Of a stretch of 64,000 nucleotides of DNA, positions 11,576 to 22,363 are shown piece after piece (position 1 is the stretch's first letter; each line of letters begins with the position of its first letter). The position numbers and the translations under genes were made by a program. The notes under the pieces were generated by a model. It saw only the letters and a list, made by a program, of their open reading frames with translations. It searched no databases and had not been told where the DNA came from. Source of the DNA: Paraspadella gotoi (lineage: Eukaryota > Animalia > Chaetognatha); NCBI GenBank assembly GCA_051294375.1, contig CM119267.1:7668683-7732682 (forward strand). Reading direction: 5' to 3'.

Positions 11576-13920
11576 TTAGTTGACCGAGTCGGAACTGCAA
11601 TCGATCATAACTTTGACGGCGCCACCTTTTCCAGTTCTCGCCGTTTCAAACGCCTGCAACGTCTCTTCAAGAACAAAGCGATGGGTCACCAAAGGCTTTA
11701 CGTTAACTTTCCCTGAAACAAATATTTTTAATTCCTTGTGAAAATTTTAACCTAATCATTCAATAATCAAAAAAATAATAAGTGTGTAGTGGTAGTATTT
11801 CATACCCCACTACTCGTCCGAGAATCAGCAGCACCTATGGCGCCAGAGGTAGCACGAGCTCCTCCCAACCCAAAGGACTCGGGTTCGCGCCCTGCTGATT
11901 CACACAAGTAAAAGCGGGATGGGGCGTCTAACCCACCTGTACCTGTAGTGTCGGACTACAGCCCGATCCAAAGTTTGGGACCTTGTGTGCAACGGACAGT
12001 AAACTGCTCAGTGAGCATCGTGCTCACGGCATCGTCTTCCACATTGGATCACGTCGGGCTTACCAATGTGAAAGACGATGCCGTGAGCAGTTTACCGTCT
12101 GTTGCACACAAGGTCCCGAGCTTTAGATCGGGCTGTAGTCCGACACTACAGGTGGGTTAGACGCCCCGTCCCGGTTTTACTTGTGTGAATCAGCAGGGCG
12201 CGAACCCGAGTCCTTTGGGTTGGGAGGAGCTCATGCTACCTCCGGCGCCATAGGTGCTGCTGATTTTCGGACGAATAGTGGGGTATGAAATACTACCACT
12301 ACAAGTAATTCATAATTCCACATTATCCAATTAATAAGTTCCTTTACCAGATGCAACAAGCTGAAGAGCGTCGCCGTAACAGTTGGCGTATCTGAAAATC
12401 CCCCTGATGTCTACCTCGCGCCATTGAGAATTTAAAACAGGAAATGACATGTTCGGAGACCCCATACCAACCAGCACAACGGTGCCTGCATATTAAAAAA
12501 TTCTTCAGTAAACAAACGGTTAAAAAAATCAGAATCAAACGCCATCAAAGACGTCGCGAATCGAGCAAACCTGCGCTTTGAGTCGCGAAAACGGCTGTTC
12601 GAAGACTAGATTCCACTCCACTACATTCGATGGCTTTGGAAAATTTTGATCCCAGCAATGATTCCGCCTGTTTTTTTAAAAAAGCAGTCGACAAGATTCG
12701 TTTCTGTTTAATACTTAATATGGTTAAAAACCTCTTTCGCTGTTTCCTCCGGAGTTGACGTCACGAGCAAAATCATGTCAGCGCCAAGAGACTTCGCGAA
12801 TTCCAGCCGGGATGCAGATATATCTATGGCAACAAAAAAAATTGATACAGATTAGGTAATTTAGATTTATCCCTTTATTTAATGCAAGTTTAACTATTGA
12901 ACTACTAAATTTTGAAACAGGAAAGATCTACGATAATTGCACCGAAGTTTAATCCTGCAGCCCACACTTATAAAGCAAAGACATACTGCTAAACCACTGA
13001 GAAGAGATAGAGCGAAAAGAAAAGAGGCAAGACGGTAATTAGATACGACTCGTACGTATATACTAATTAAAAAAAAATGCTCATACCGGTAATGCAGACT
13101 TGGACTGCTCCCATCGCCTTTGCCACTAGCATGTTCACTAAGCCTAAACGTTACGTAAAAAAAATTTGTCAACGGATTTTACCTAACAGCTTTGTATTAA
13201 ATTTTAATACCAATCGGTCCCGCGCCACAAATAAAAACTGTATCGCCAACGGTGATGGCAGCGCGCTTGCAAGCGTGAACGGCGACGCTGAGGGGCTCTA
13301 GCAAAGCCCCTTCTTCTAAGGAGACATGGTCAGGCAGTTTAAAGCAGAAGTCGGCGGGGTGGACAAAAAACCGCGCCAAGGTGCCGTGTACAGGAGGCGT
13401 GGCGCAAAATTCGACCTTGGGACAAAGATTGTATCGACCGCGTTTGCACAAGTCGCACAAGCGGCACGGTACACCTGGCTCGATTGCCACACGATCACCT
13501 GCAAGATAAAACATAACTAGTTAAATAGTAAACGTTCATTTGTCAATCGTCAATGATAATTAAAAGTAGTTTAATAATTACCAACTTTCAATTGGTCGAC
13601 CCCTTCTCCAACTTCAGCAACAACGCCTGATGATTCGTGACCCAAAACCATTGGCTCTTTAACAACATAATCACCAATGCAGCCAGCAACCAGGAAATGA
13701 ACATCAGAGCCGCAGATGCCCACCTTTTAGGAATGAAAATTATTTTGAAAAAAAAAAATTTGTAAGCTTCGAATCTCCTAACTTCAATTCAAAAGTTTTC
13801 ACCAGTTTTTACCTTTTGCATTGCCAAAAGAACTTCATTTTTTCCAGGTTTTGGTTTCGGTCTTTGGAGCAGTTGCAGGTCGTTCTTTGCCAAAAGTACT
13901 GCAGATAAATTGTCATCCAT
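11576..13920 (-). CDS. SORD: Sorbitol dehydrogenase (zinc-dependent MDR family), about 352 aa, 8 exons: 13920-13813, 13723-13582, 13498-13211, 13143-13087, 12823-12732, 12667-12571, 12485-12348, 11712-11576
   Basis: [82 protein letters not shown] and KPLVTHRF. All junctions are phase-consistent GT-AG. Confidence 0.95.
11785..12303. mobile_element. Near-perfect palindromic (foldback/MITE-like) element of about 520 bp; each arm carries a tRNA-like Pol III promoter; in the last SORD intron
   Basis: Starts TGTAGTGGTAGTATTTCATACCCC and ends GGGGTATGAAATACTACCACTACA. Arms are complementary up to a loop of about 15 nt near 12048-12062. A-box-like TGGCGCCAGAGG (11838-11849) and B-box-like GGTTCGCGCCC (11882-11892) are mirrored in the right arm. 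Confidence 0.85.
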
Positions 13921-14288
13921 TTTTTTACAAAGTGAACTACAGACTAGTGACTACTGCTGAAAAAATAAAAATGTAACAAAGATAAGTACGTATCGAGTAA
14001 TGAAGCCGACACAAAACCTCTTCCAAGAAGTTTTTTTCGCGGCAAACAAGTGTAGAACTAGTTATCGTACTATAGCACAGAAAACCGTTAACAATATAAT
14101 TTCGAATCTAAAAGAAGTATAGTAAATAATTAGAAATTTAATGTCACACCTTGATTAAAAAATAAATTTAACAACCAACAATGCTTCCAATGAAATTTTC
14201 ATAATTACGTAGGTCCTTTGGTTTTTTTCACCCACCCAGTTTCCACCATCCATGAATGACAATTCTATATCTCACATTCTGATTAAAG

Positions 14289-15293
14289 TCAGAGGCCTTT
14301 GTTGAAAACAACAACGTCGTCGTCTGGTCGAAGTCGTTTTAGATCAGCCTTTAAATCATGCTCCAGCCTTTCCTTGTCCAACTCGGCGAACTGAGGGAAA
14401 ATCGCGATGGCCGTCGGAAGTCCCAATCCGAAAGCGAGGATCGTCACCACACCAAGCGCAGGCAAATGGAGTCGGGGCCGCCGGGCAAAGGCGGGCACTC
14501 GTTCTAGCCCCATCATCACCAACGGTGGCAAGACAAAGCAGGGTACAGGGAGCAGCGCTCGAGAGATAGCCGTCTCTTGCAGGGCTTTTTTGGCCGCCAC
14601 CCGCGATTTTCCCAGGGTCAAACCGTCGCGGGTCCTGACTAGAATACCCTCTTTCAACTCGGAAAAGCGCATCAGAATGCAGTTAGAAACGGAGGCGGCG
14701 GCGACGGCGGGGAAAGGGACGAAACGCTGGACGATAAGACGCGTTGCTGGGGAAAAGGAAGACGACCTTTTTAACAAAACTGACAGGCCGACGGCGATAC
14801 CGCAAGCCGACGATATAGCGCTCGCGTACCCGACAACAAAACGCGAAGTTGGAGTCGGTTGTGACGCGTTACGATTACAATAGTTAACGCAGGCATTGTG
14901 GCTCTGATTTAGCCACTGCCAGAAGACCATACGGGTCAGAGACTGAGTCGGAATGAGCAGTCCGAAGACGATGGGGCTTCCAAATGGGACGAAACCAGAC
15001 ATTCGAAATGGCATAGGGATTTTCTCGCCAGTGTCCGGGTGAATGATCGCTTGTTTGATCTTTTGCGCACTCCATAACTCGTCGTCAGTTACTCCCTCTG
15101 GTTTGGCGCCGTGAAATTGAAACTCGTCCAACAATGCTATAGCCGAGTCAAGATCCTTCCGAGTCGCGAAGAGAGTCCGAGGATCAACAACGTCGAAAAA
15201 GTGAAGAAGGCGTCCGCGAAACGTACTTTGGTCATATTTTGAAGAACCAAGACGAAATGTTGAAGTAGATAATATTGAGGTAGTTCCCGACAT
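14289..15293 (-). CDS. SFXN5: Sideroflexin-5, mitochondrial inner-membrane carrier, 334 aa, intronless CDS
   Basis: YDQSTFRGRLLHFFDVVDPRTLF, LWSAQKIKQAIIHPDTGEKIPMPFRMSGF, FWQWLNQSHNACVNYCNRNA, QRFVPFPAVA and C-terminal FNKGL. These residues are typical of the SFXN5 subfamily. Confidence 0.93.
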   Translation of the reverse strand: MSGTTSILSTSTFRLGSSKYDQSTFRGRLLHFFDVVDPRTLFATRKDLDSAIALLDEFQFHGAKPEGVTDDELWSAQKIKQAIIHPDTGEKIPMPFRMSGFVPFGSPIVFGLLIPTQSLTRMVFWQWLNQSHNACVNYCNRNASQPTPTSRFVVGYASAISSACGIAVGLSVLLKRSSSFSPATRLIVQRFVPFPAVAAASVSNCILMRFSELKEGILVRTRDGLTLGKSRVAAKKALQETAISRALLPVPCFVLPPLVMMGLERVPAFARRPRLHLPALGVVTILAFGLGLPTAIAIFPQFAELDKERLEHDLKADLKRLRPDDDVVVFNKGL

Positions 15294-15692
15294 GGAGACG
15301 ATAGTTGTAAATTGTTGGGGAAATGATTTTTAACACGCTGATATAAAAAAAAAAATTTTTGGAGATCATTGGAAGACTTGGAAGATGATTACCTAGTTGC
15401 ATAGACGAGGCACCGAAAGATGGGTTTGTCAGCTATTGCATTAAACTTGGACCATAGCAAGTTATGGTTAATTACGGATCGCACGTGAATCTCACACTAA
15501 AAGGGTTATCGTCCGTTTCCTGGTCTGTTTAATAAGCACCTTACAATCCTCAAACACTTAGTCATTCAGGCGAGGGAATTATTTATCCACGTCAAGGATA
15601 TAAGGCCTTACGCTGTGGCGATGACAGCCGAGTTAAACAGATATTAATCTTTAAAGCATATAAATTTTTCATAATACAGAACTGTTTAAATG

Positions 15693-16682
15693 TCATAATT
15701 TATCGTTCCTCTGTTTCGAACGAAGCCAAAACCCCAGTGCACATTTCGTGCCACTGCTAACACGTTCCACCTCAATTCCCTCTTTGTCGGGAGCGACGTT
15801 AAGAAAAACTGACGTCGCAATTTCCCTCTTCCTTTGAATCGGCGGCGAATCGGGACTCATTTCTATGATTTCAATTTTTTCGGCCTCACGAGCATCCTCG
15901 AAAAAGTAGGATTTCCCGCGAAATATTTCTACGCCCTCCGAGGTGTCGACGATGGACGCGGCCAGGCGTTGGTCCACCCAAGCGGCGGCGTCTACTTCTT
16001 CTTTGTCCAGTCGCATGGTCGACTCTGCTTCATCAGGCGTCTTATCTAACCGGAGGTGAAGATAAACGACAATGTGGTGGCGACGAGGCTGTCCTCGGCT
16101 CAGCGTGGGCGGGTACGTGCTCTCCCAAAGGCCGAGACAGGAGACAGAAAGTAAAGAAGTCTTCGACAGGGCCAGCCCTGTCTCTTCGTACAGTTCACGC
16201 ATTCCAGCGTCGAGGGCGGACTCCCCCGTTTCCACGTGACCCCCGGGCGGGACCCAAACACTCGGAAAGGTGCGCATATGTTTGGCTCTCCGCGTCAGGA
16301 GTACTTTTCCCGCAGACTCTACTAAGACGGCGACGCCGGGGGCCACTCCTCGTTCGATTACGTCGGCGGGTAAATTCTCTCGCTGTTCTTCGCTCAGGTT
16401 CGTGATTGGGCAAAAGGAAGGCCGGACGAGAAGGCATGGGGCCGAGCCGAAATCATTTCGGTCCAGAGTGGGCGCCGAGAAATCATTTATGTTCGCCGGG
16501 ACGATTATCATCCGTCGACCGGCGAGGCGCCAACGGACCAATGCGGAATTTTTGTCGGAGGCGTCAGCTCCACGGAGGCGATCCACGACGGAACTGTGGA
16601 AAGGCGCTGGGAAATGGCAGGCGTCGTCGTCGGTGTCCGAAAGGTGAACCAAAACACGTTCGTAGTCGTTTTTTTGCGTCAT
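15693..16682 (-). CDS. NUDT17: Nudix hydrolase 17, intronless CDS; start is probably ATG 16682, with an alternative in-frame ATG at 16730
   Basis: Nudix box GGHVETGESALDAGMRELYEETGL, plus NUDT17-type motifs VLLTRRA, WVPPG, LGLWESTYPP, HHIVVYL and ERVSSGTKCAL. An acceptor (TTCGTCAG, G at 16713) lies between the two ATGs. Confidence 0.88.
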   Translation of the reverse strand: MTQKNDYERVLVHLSDTDDDACHFPAPFHSSVVDRLRGADASDKNSALVRWRLAGRRMIIVPANINDFSAPTLDRNDFGSAPCLLVRPSFCPITNLSEEQRENLPADVIERGVAPGVAVLVESAGKVLLTRRAKHMRTFPSVWVPPGGHVETGESALDAGMRELYEETGLALSKTSLLSVSCLGLWESTYPPTLSRGQPRRHHIVVYLHLRLDKTPDEAESTMRLDKEEVDAAAWVDQRLAASIVDTSEGVEIFRGKSYFFEDAREAEKIEIIEMSPDSPPIQRKREIATSVFLNVAPDKEGIEVERVSSGTKCALGFWLRSKQRNDKL

Positions 16683-19569
16683 TCTGTGAATGGAGATCCA
16701 GCGGGTGCAGAACTGACGAAGCACGAGCATTTAAGAATAGTAACGACAAAAATGTAAAAGGTGAAGACTGTCGGATGAACAATTTAGACAATTTCTGCAC
16801 AGAATATTTTTTTTCTGTTTTCAAACGTATATATCTAGTTTATGCAATTGCAAGCAATTACTGCAAAGAATAATATAACCCTTAATAAAAAAACAACAAA
16901 CTCTTAATAAGGCTCTTAGTCTTGAGTGCGACACCTGTTCCTCCATTCGAATGACGATTGTTCTTCCTGTTGTCCTGATGAGGAATCATCAGGGAGAAAA
17001 ATAAAAAAAAGAGAAATTAGGGAAAATCTAAATATTCCAAATCAGTCCGAATTTTAGAGATCTTAACAAATTCGAAGAGCAAAATTAAAATTGGTACATA
17101 ACATAGAATAACTAGACTAATAGACAACGAAAACGACGGAGAAAGTCATAGAAAAACTCAGAAATAAATTCTTCATTCCATTGTTCATTTGTTCATTTTT
17201 AATCCACTGAGTTTTTGTCGGTTTTTTCTTCGTCGGAAGAGTTAATGGATTCCTTTATTTTATAAAATTAGACAAAAGATCTTTATCCGATGAATATTCA
17301 TGGCGTTATTTAGTATAAATTTTAAAACATTTGCTTTATGTAATTTAGTTTCAATATATTTTTTTCATAAATGAACGAGAAAAATTAAAGTTTATTTGTT
17401 GAGTTGATGATACGCCGAGGGTTTTAAAAATAATTCAACAAATTTTGTTATAAAATTTTATTTCGTATTTCGTACTTAATTCTTTAGTATACTAATATCG
17501 CGGCAAAACTCGCTAAAACTTGATAATACTACGTGAAAAAGTATCGTTTTTTATCCTATACAGTATACTTTTGCTTCTCCCTCATTTCTTTCTCTCTCCT
17601 TTTTTTCATGAGTAGAGGCTTTCTTCATGATTTCGTCATGAGTCTCATGATTTCCACGCTTTCCTCCAAGTCGCCTTCCCTTTTCCTTTCTTTAAATCCA
17701 TTTCCTTCTCTTTTTCCTTGGAGCAAAAAGCCTTTTTCTCTACCATCTACCACAGAGGTAACGAATCTTTCATTGACGTCATTTCGTCTATTCCCTCCTG
17801 TACAGTTGTACCCGCTTGTGTTAAGTATATCCAAAGAGAACACACTGATGACGGAATCCACGAATAATCCGAAATTTTTTTTTTTATAATCGCTATAGAT
17901 TTATTCATTATAGTTTAAGTAAAATTCTCAAATGTTGTTAATAGAGGAGCTTCAGTATCTTATAGATAATAACGTAAGAAATTCTGCTGTACATTTAGAA
18001 GATTTATGATGAAAAAAGCGCCGCTTGGGGCAACATAAAAAAAATTCAAGTTAAAAACATAGTCTATTTCATTGCGTCATGATTCGTGTGCTCCACGCAA
18101 AAATTTGTTCCGAAATATTTTTTATTTTCCACTGACATTCCGACTTTTGAAAATTGCAATCTGCCCAAACCCGCTAATGCTTAAAAACGGAAAACAGAAA
18201 TTAAAAAACGGAAAACGTTTCAATGAGATGGAAATTTTTGGCTCTTACATTTTCTTTCCGATTTAAAAATGATAGGTTAATGTATTATAAACTTCAAAAT
18301 TTTTTTAAGATGGAGCTATGGTATGCGTTGTTGCATTAAAACCATTTTTTCGTTAATCTCAAATCTTAAACACAACGAAACGAAAAGATACTATCGAACG
18401 ATGTGGTTTTCAAAAAGAAGAATAAAAAAATATATATTATTAAATATATATTATTATATTATTAAGATCATTTTATTTTTTATTTTTTGATAAATGCGGT
18501 TAACCTATTAAAATCGTTTAAATCGTTCAAATCCGAGAAAGACAAAGCAATTATAATGCAAAGCCAAAGGGAAACAAACATAAATAACGTTGTGTTGGAA
18601 TCGATACAAACTATAATCAATAAACATTATTTCCCACGGCGATATAAATAGCATCATCAACGGTCAACAGTGTTTCCGTTTTGGTTTTTTTCCGTCTTTT
18701 CCTTTTTCTTTTCGCTCCATTCCTCGCTGCCATTTTGTTTTTTCCCCGACTAGCGGTGCTCGTTGCCCCAAGAAGATCGTAAATTACCCGCCAAATTGGT
18801 CTCTCAATTTCAGAGTCAACTTTTAGTTTTACGCGTTGTGTAAAGCTGACAGCTGAAGTAGACAATATATAATTTATATGTACATGTAGCATTTTATCAC
18901 TTAAAGAATAATCAAAGAATTTATGACGTTGACGTAAGTACGCGTCCGAATTTAGTGTGTTGGCTTAGTTTATCTGTAAAGATTTTAAAAAGTTAGAGTA
19001 AAACCTGTAAAAAATTTGGAAAAAACAAATTACTTCAAGATTTTGTCGATGGGTAAAATTATTAACGATAAGTATTACACGATGTGTGTCTGAAGATCAA
19101 TTTGTTTATAATAATGATACTTGAAAGCTACCTCTCGAGGTTGTTTCCTTTGTTTAACTTATACAACAATATGGTAAATATACAGTGTATATTATTATTA
19201 CACTATATTGATTTTAAAAATATGTACAGAGTACGGTCACTCCTTCCCATCCTTCTCATTTCATGAAAGTTGAGTCTGTTCTGTTATGAGCATTCGACTA
19301 ACGAAAAAAAAATTGACATTTTACCTTATTACTTAATATTGTCATTATCTCAAAAATTCAAAGTGTAAACGCTTAACCTTGATTTTTCTCGAGTTATTTT
19401 CTATTTTATGTAGAGACACGTCTCTGGTTTAATCGTTTTCTCAGTCGCTTGAATCGTCGAACGTAAACAAACAAATGATCGGAATCGCTCGTAGTCGTCC
19501 AACTGTTATTAACTTTCATCGCCTACAATGAAGTAAACGCCGATTACCTCCTATTAACTAAAGTTCACA

Positions 19570-22267
19570 ATGGGAACTGGTAAGTTTCTATAAAAAAAAA
19601 AAACAATCGTTCAATTTATTTTTATAGTTAAATTTCACTAAAAACTCACACAAATCCTTATCCGATAATTTTTATTCTCTGTCTCGAGTAGAAACGTTTT
19701 TTATGAACCACTTGGTGGCAAAAAAAAGGCTTTTTTTGGGGGGGTCCAATTTCTTTTGTGGCCTTTTTTCCGCCACATATTCCGATACCATCTTTTTCGG
19801 TCGACAAAGATCAAGACAGTGAAGGGTTGGGTTGATGCGGTGATTATAGGGGGGGGTTGGAAGGTGTGAAGGCAAGGTCAAAAGATCAAAGGCTCGATCT
19901 CTATGGAACCGATATTCCTCATCCGCCAATTCCATCTTCGTCGACGGCTTCTCCGATAATCCATTTGAAATACGGCTCAACGACCCAAACGCCATTTTTT
20001 CTTTAATACGGGGTCATGGAATGAAATTGAGTTTTTTAAATCGAGAATTACTTTGCAGCTATATCCGAAGCTCTTTAAATTGAGCCACTGCCACAGATGC
20101 GCGGTTAACGAAGAAGAATATGCAAATGGAGAATCTCTCGCTCCTTTGAGCAAAAATTCGAATTGCAAAAACTTCTCTCCGTCTAAACTTAGATCGGAAA
20201 CGATAATATAAATGATAAAAGAAAAAAAAAATTACCGCAAGAAATGTCAGTATGAGCCTTCCGATTTAATTTTAAATTTAATGTTATAGTGGACTAAAAT
20301 CCACCAACAGTTCATCATCGGCCATTGGTCCCGGAGGCCAAAGGTCCGCGGTTCTAGCCCGGTGGCCGCCTAGCAGTTAAGAGGGACGGGGCGCGTAACC
20401 CGCCTGTAACATGGTGTTACAGCCTGTTCCGAAGCTCAGGGACTGCTTATATTGAACGGTTCTGTCACTAACATACAACAATCATTACTGTCTCTTCAAT
20501 GTAAACTTTAAGGGATATTTTTTGAAATAAAAACATTTTTCCTTTAGGATAACTCGAGACTTTTGTTTACTTTTGGAGAATGTTACAAGTACTACATCCT
20601 ACAAACGACATTAGCGACGGCTTCCTAATTGTCAAGCGTTCGAGCCCGAGGTAGAGCGGCTCTAGTACGAGATAAGAGTAACGGATCAGTTATGCTACCG
20701 ACGGCAGTAACAAACCGGAGGATTTGAATTTCCGGAATGTACTGCATTGCATTGCAAGAAAACCGGCGGGAAAATCTTAGTTTCCCGGACATTAATTAAC
20801 GATGACTAACTCCGATCACTGTCTACATATATATCATCTTCTCCGGGCACCAAGCAGCGCGTGACGATGCCTCTTAACTCATACTTAGGCTTAGTCTTAG
20901 CTCTGCTTCTCGACAAATGACGACGACCACTGCCAATAATGAGGATTGCCGTGGTTTAAAATCGTTCATAAGAAAAAATAATTCTAACTCACTGAATGAA
21001 ACTATAAATAGATAGTTTCGCTGTCGCTAAGGCAATGCTTATGAAACTTCCGTCAGAAAAAAAATTACAATCATTATTCGCATTGTAAGATGGAAAGAAA
21101 TTATTAGTCGGTTCAAATGGCACTGCAGAATGATGCGCTTGAATCGACATGAAAAATTCCTCAGTTAACACGACGTTGCCAATTCTGATTCCCAAATTGT
21201 GAGCGAGAAGAAGAGATTTATATTTCGCAGTTTAACTCGATTCATCTGCAATTTGATCGTATCGAAATTTCCGACTCCCAGACGATATATCTGAAGGCGG
21301 CGGTGGCCAACTACGCAGTCTCAGACAAAGGACTGGCTGACATGTTTATTACCAACGTTCCTCATTATTTTTCTTCCCGCAAGAGGGAAAGAAAAACTTT
21401 CTCCATCTCTCTCTTTCATTTTTTCTCCGTCTCTCTCTCCCTCTCTCAGGCCAAGCCTGCCCGATTATATTTCCGAAAGAAAGAAAGAAAAAAAAAGAAA
21501 GAAATAAAGCCTTCACGATCGCGCGAATTGTTTGTTTTTATTTCCACTCAAAGATTAATTCCATATCGCGCGTTTTTAAGTTATGACTCTGATCACGTGA
21601 GCTGCACGCACGTGACCAAAGAAACGAGCGATGAAATTTCTCTTGGTTTTCGCGCACTGTTCTATTCTCAGTTTCTCAGTCCCTTTGCTAGTTTTTTCGA
21701 ACGTCTGCACTCCATTCACGACTCCAATCATCTGCTCTTCATTTGATGCTCGGCCCCATTTGCAACGCTACCCATTCCGAGCCCCCCTTGCTCCTCTTTC
21801 AAACATTTGCCTTTCACTACGTACTCCTTCAAAGATCTATAGTGTATTTCTGCTCCTTTCTCTACTCCTTCCATCCTCAACCCCCCCCCCTTGCTACTCC
21901 TTCGAATCTTCGCCTTCCAATCGCTCCTCCTTAAAATCCTCTCCCTATTTCGCCCACTCCCTCGCTAATCCTTCACGCGTCCATGAGCGACGCTTCAGTG
22001 AATCGTTTAATCCCTTTTTTGCCCTTTTTTGCCCTTTTTTTTTCCATTTTCGGTTCGCGTTGTTTCCCAATTTCTTAACCGTCGTCGACTCCATCGACAA
22101 TCTCGGTCGACCTCGGCGCCGTCAACGTCGTCCTCGATTCTGGCGACGTCTTCGACGACCAACGAAGGCGTCTCGGTTCAAAAGACGCCGCGGATGTCAA
22201 CGGGGAAAGAGGACCTCTCCTTTGGCAGGAAAAACTCGCCCTATGAAGCCGGCGATTTAAGTAAGAA

Positions 22268-22363
<96 letters not shown>

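Larger units (their letters stand above)
1..16730 (-). other. Putative polycistronic unit (SL trans-spliced operon) of at least 9 genes
   Basis: Nine consecutive co-oriented genes with stop-to-ATG spacers of about 399, 368, 413, 400, 271, 302, 603 and 383 bp. Candidate acceptors upstream of the starts have their G at 16713, 15338, 13957, 11192, 8570, 6095, 5118, 2074 and 168. Operon status is inferred; there are no transcript data. Confidence 0.6.

Noticed and set aside
11825-11900. Functional tRNA gene
   Set aside because: A- and B-box-like motifs are present but there is no proper cloverleaf or anticodon arm, and the sequence is part of a repeated palindromic element.
15495-15515. TAACCCT on the minus strand as a telomerase RNA template
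   Set aside because: Only 7 nt, with no recognisable pseudoknot, CR4/5 or H/ACA domain.
480-16873. Plus-strand and alternative-frame ORFs overlapping the nine genes
   Set aside because: Antisense or frame shadows of GC-rich coding exons; no recognisable motifs.
16970-17880. CTGATGA...GAAA motifs near 16975 and 17845 as hammerhead ribozymes
   Set aside because: At 16975 the CUGAUGA is itself paired in a hairpin. At 17845 stem II lacks the closing R-Y pair, and no stem III or NUH cleavage site can be formed.
19672-19995. 107-aa minus-strand ORF with a good start context, as a tenth operon gene
   Set aside because: No recognisable homology, about 3 kb from NUDT17, and antisense within an intron of the candidate PDZ gene.
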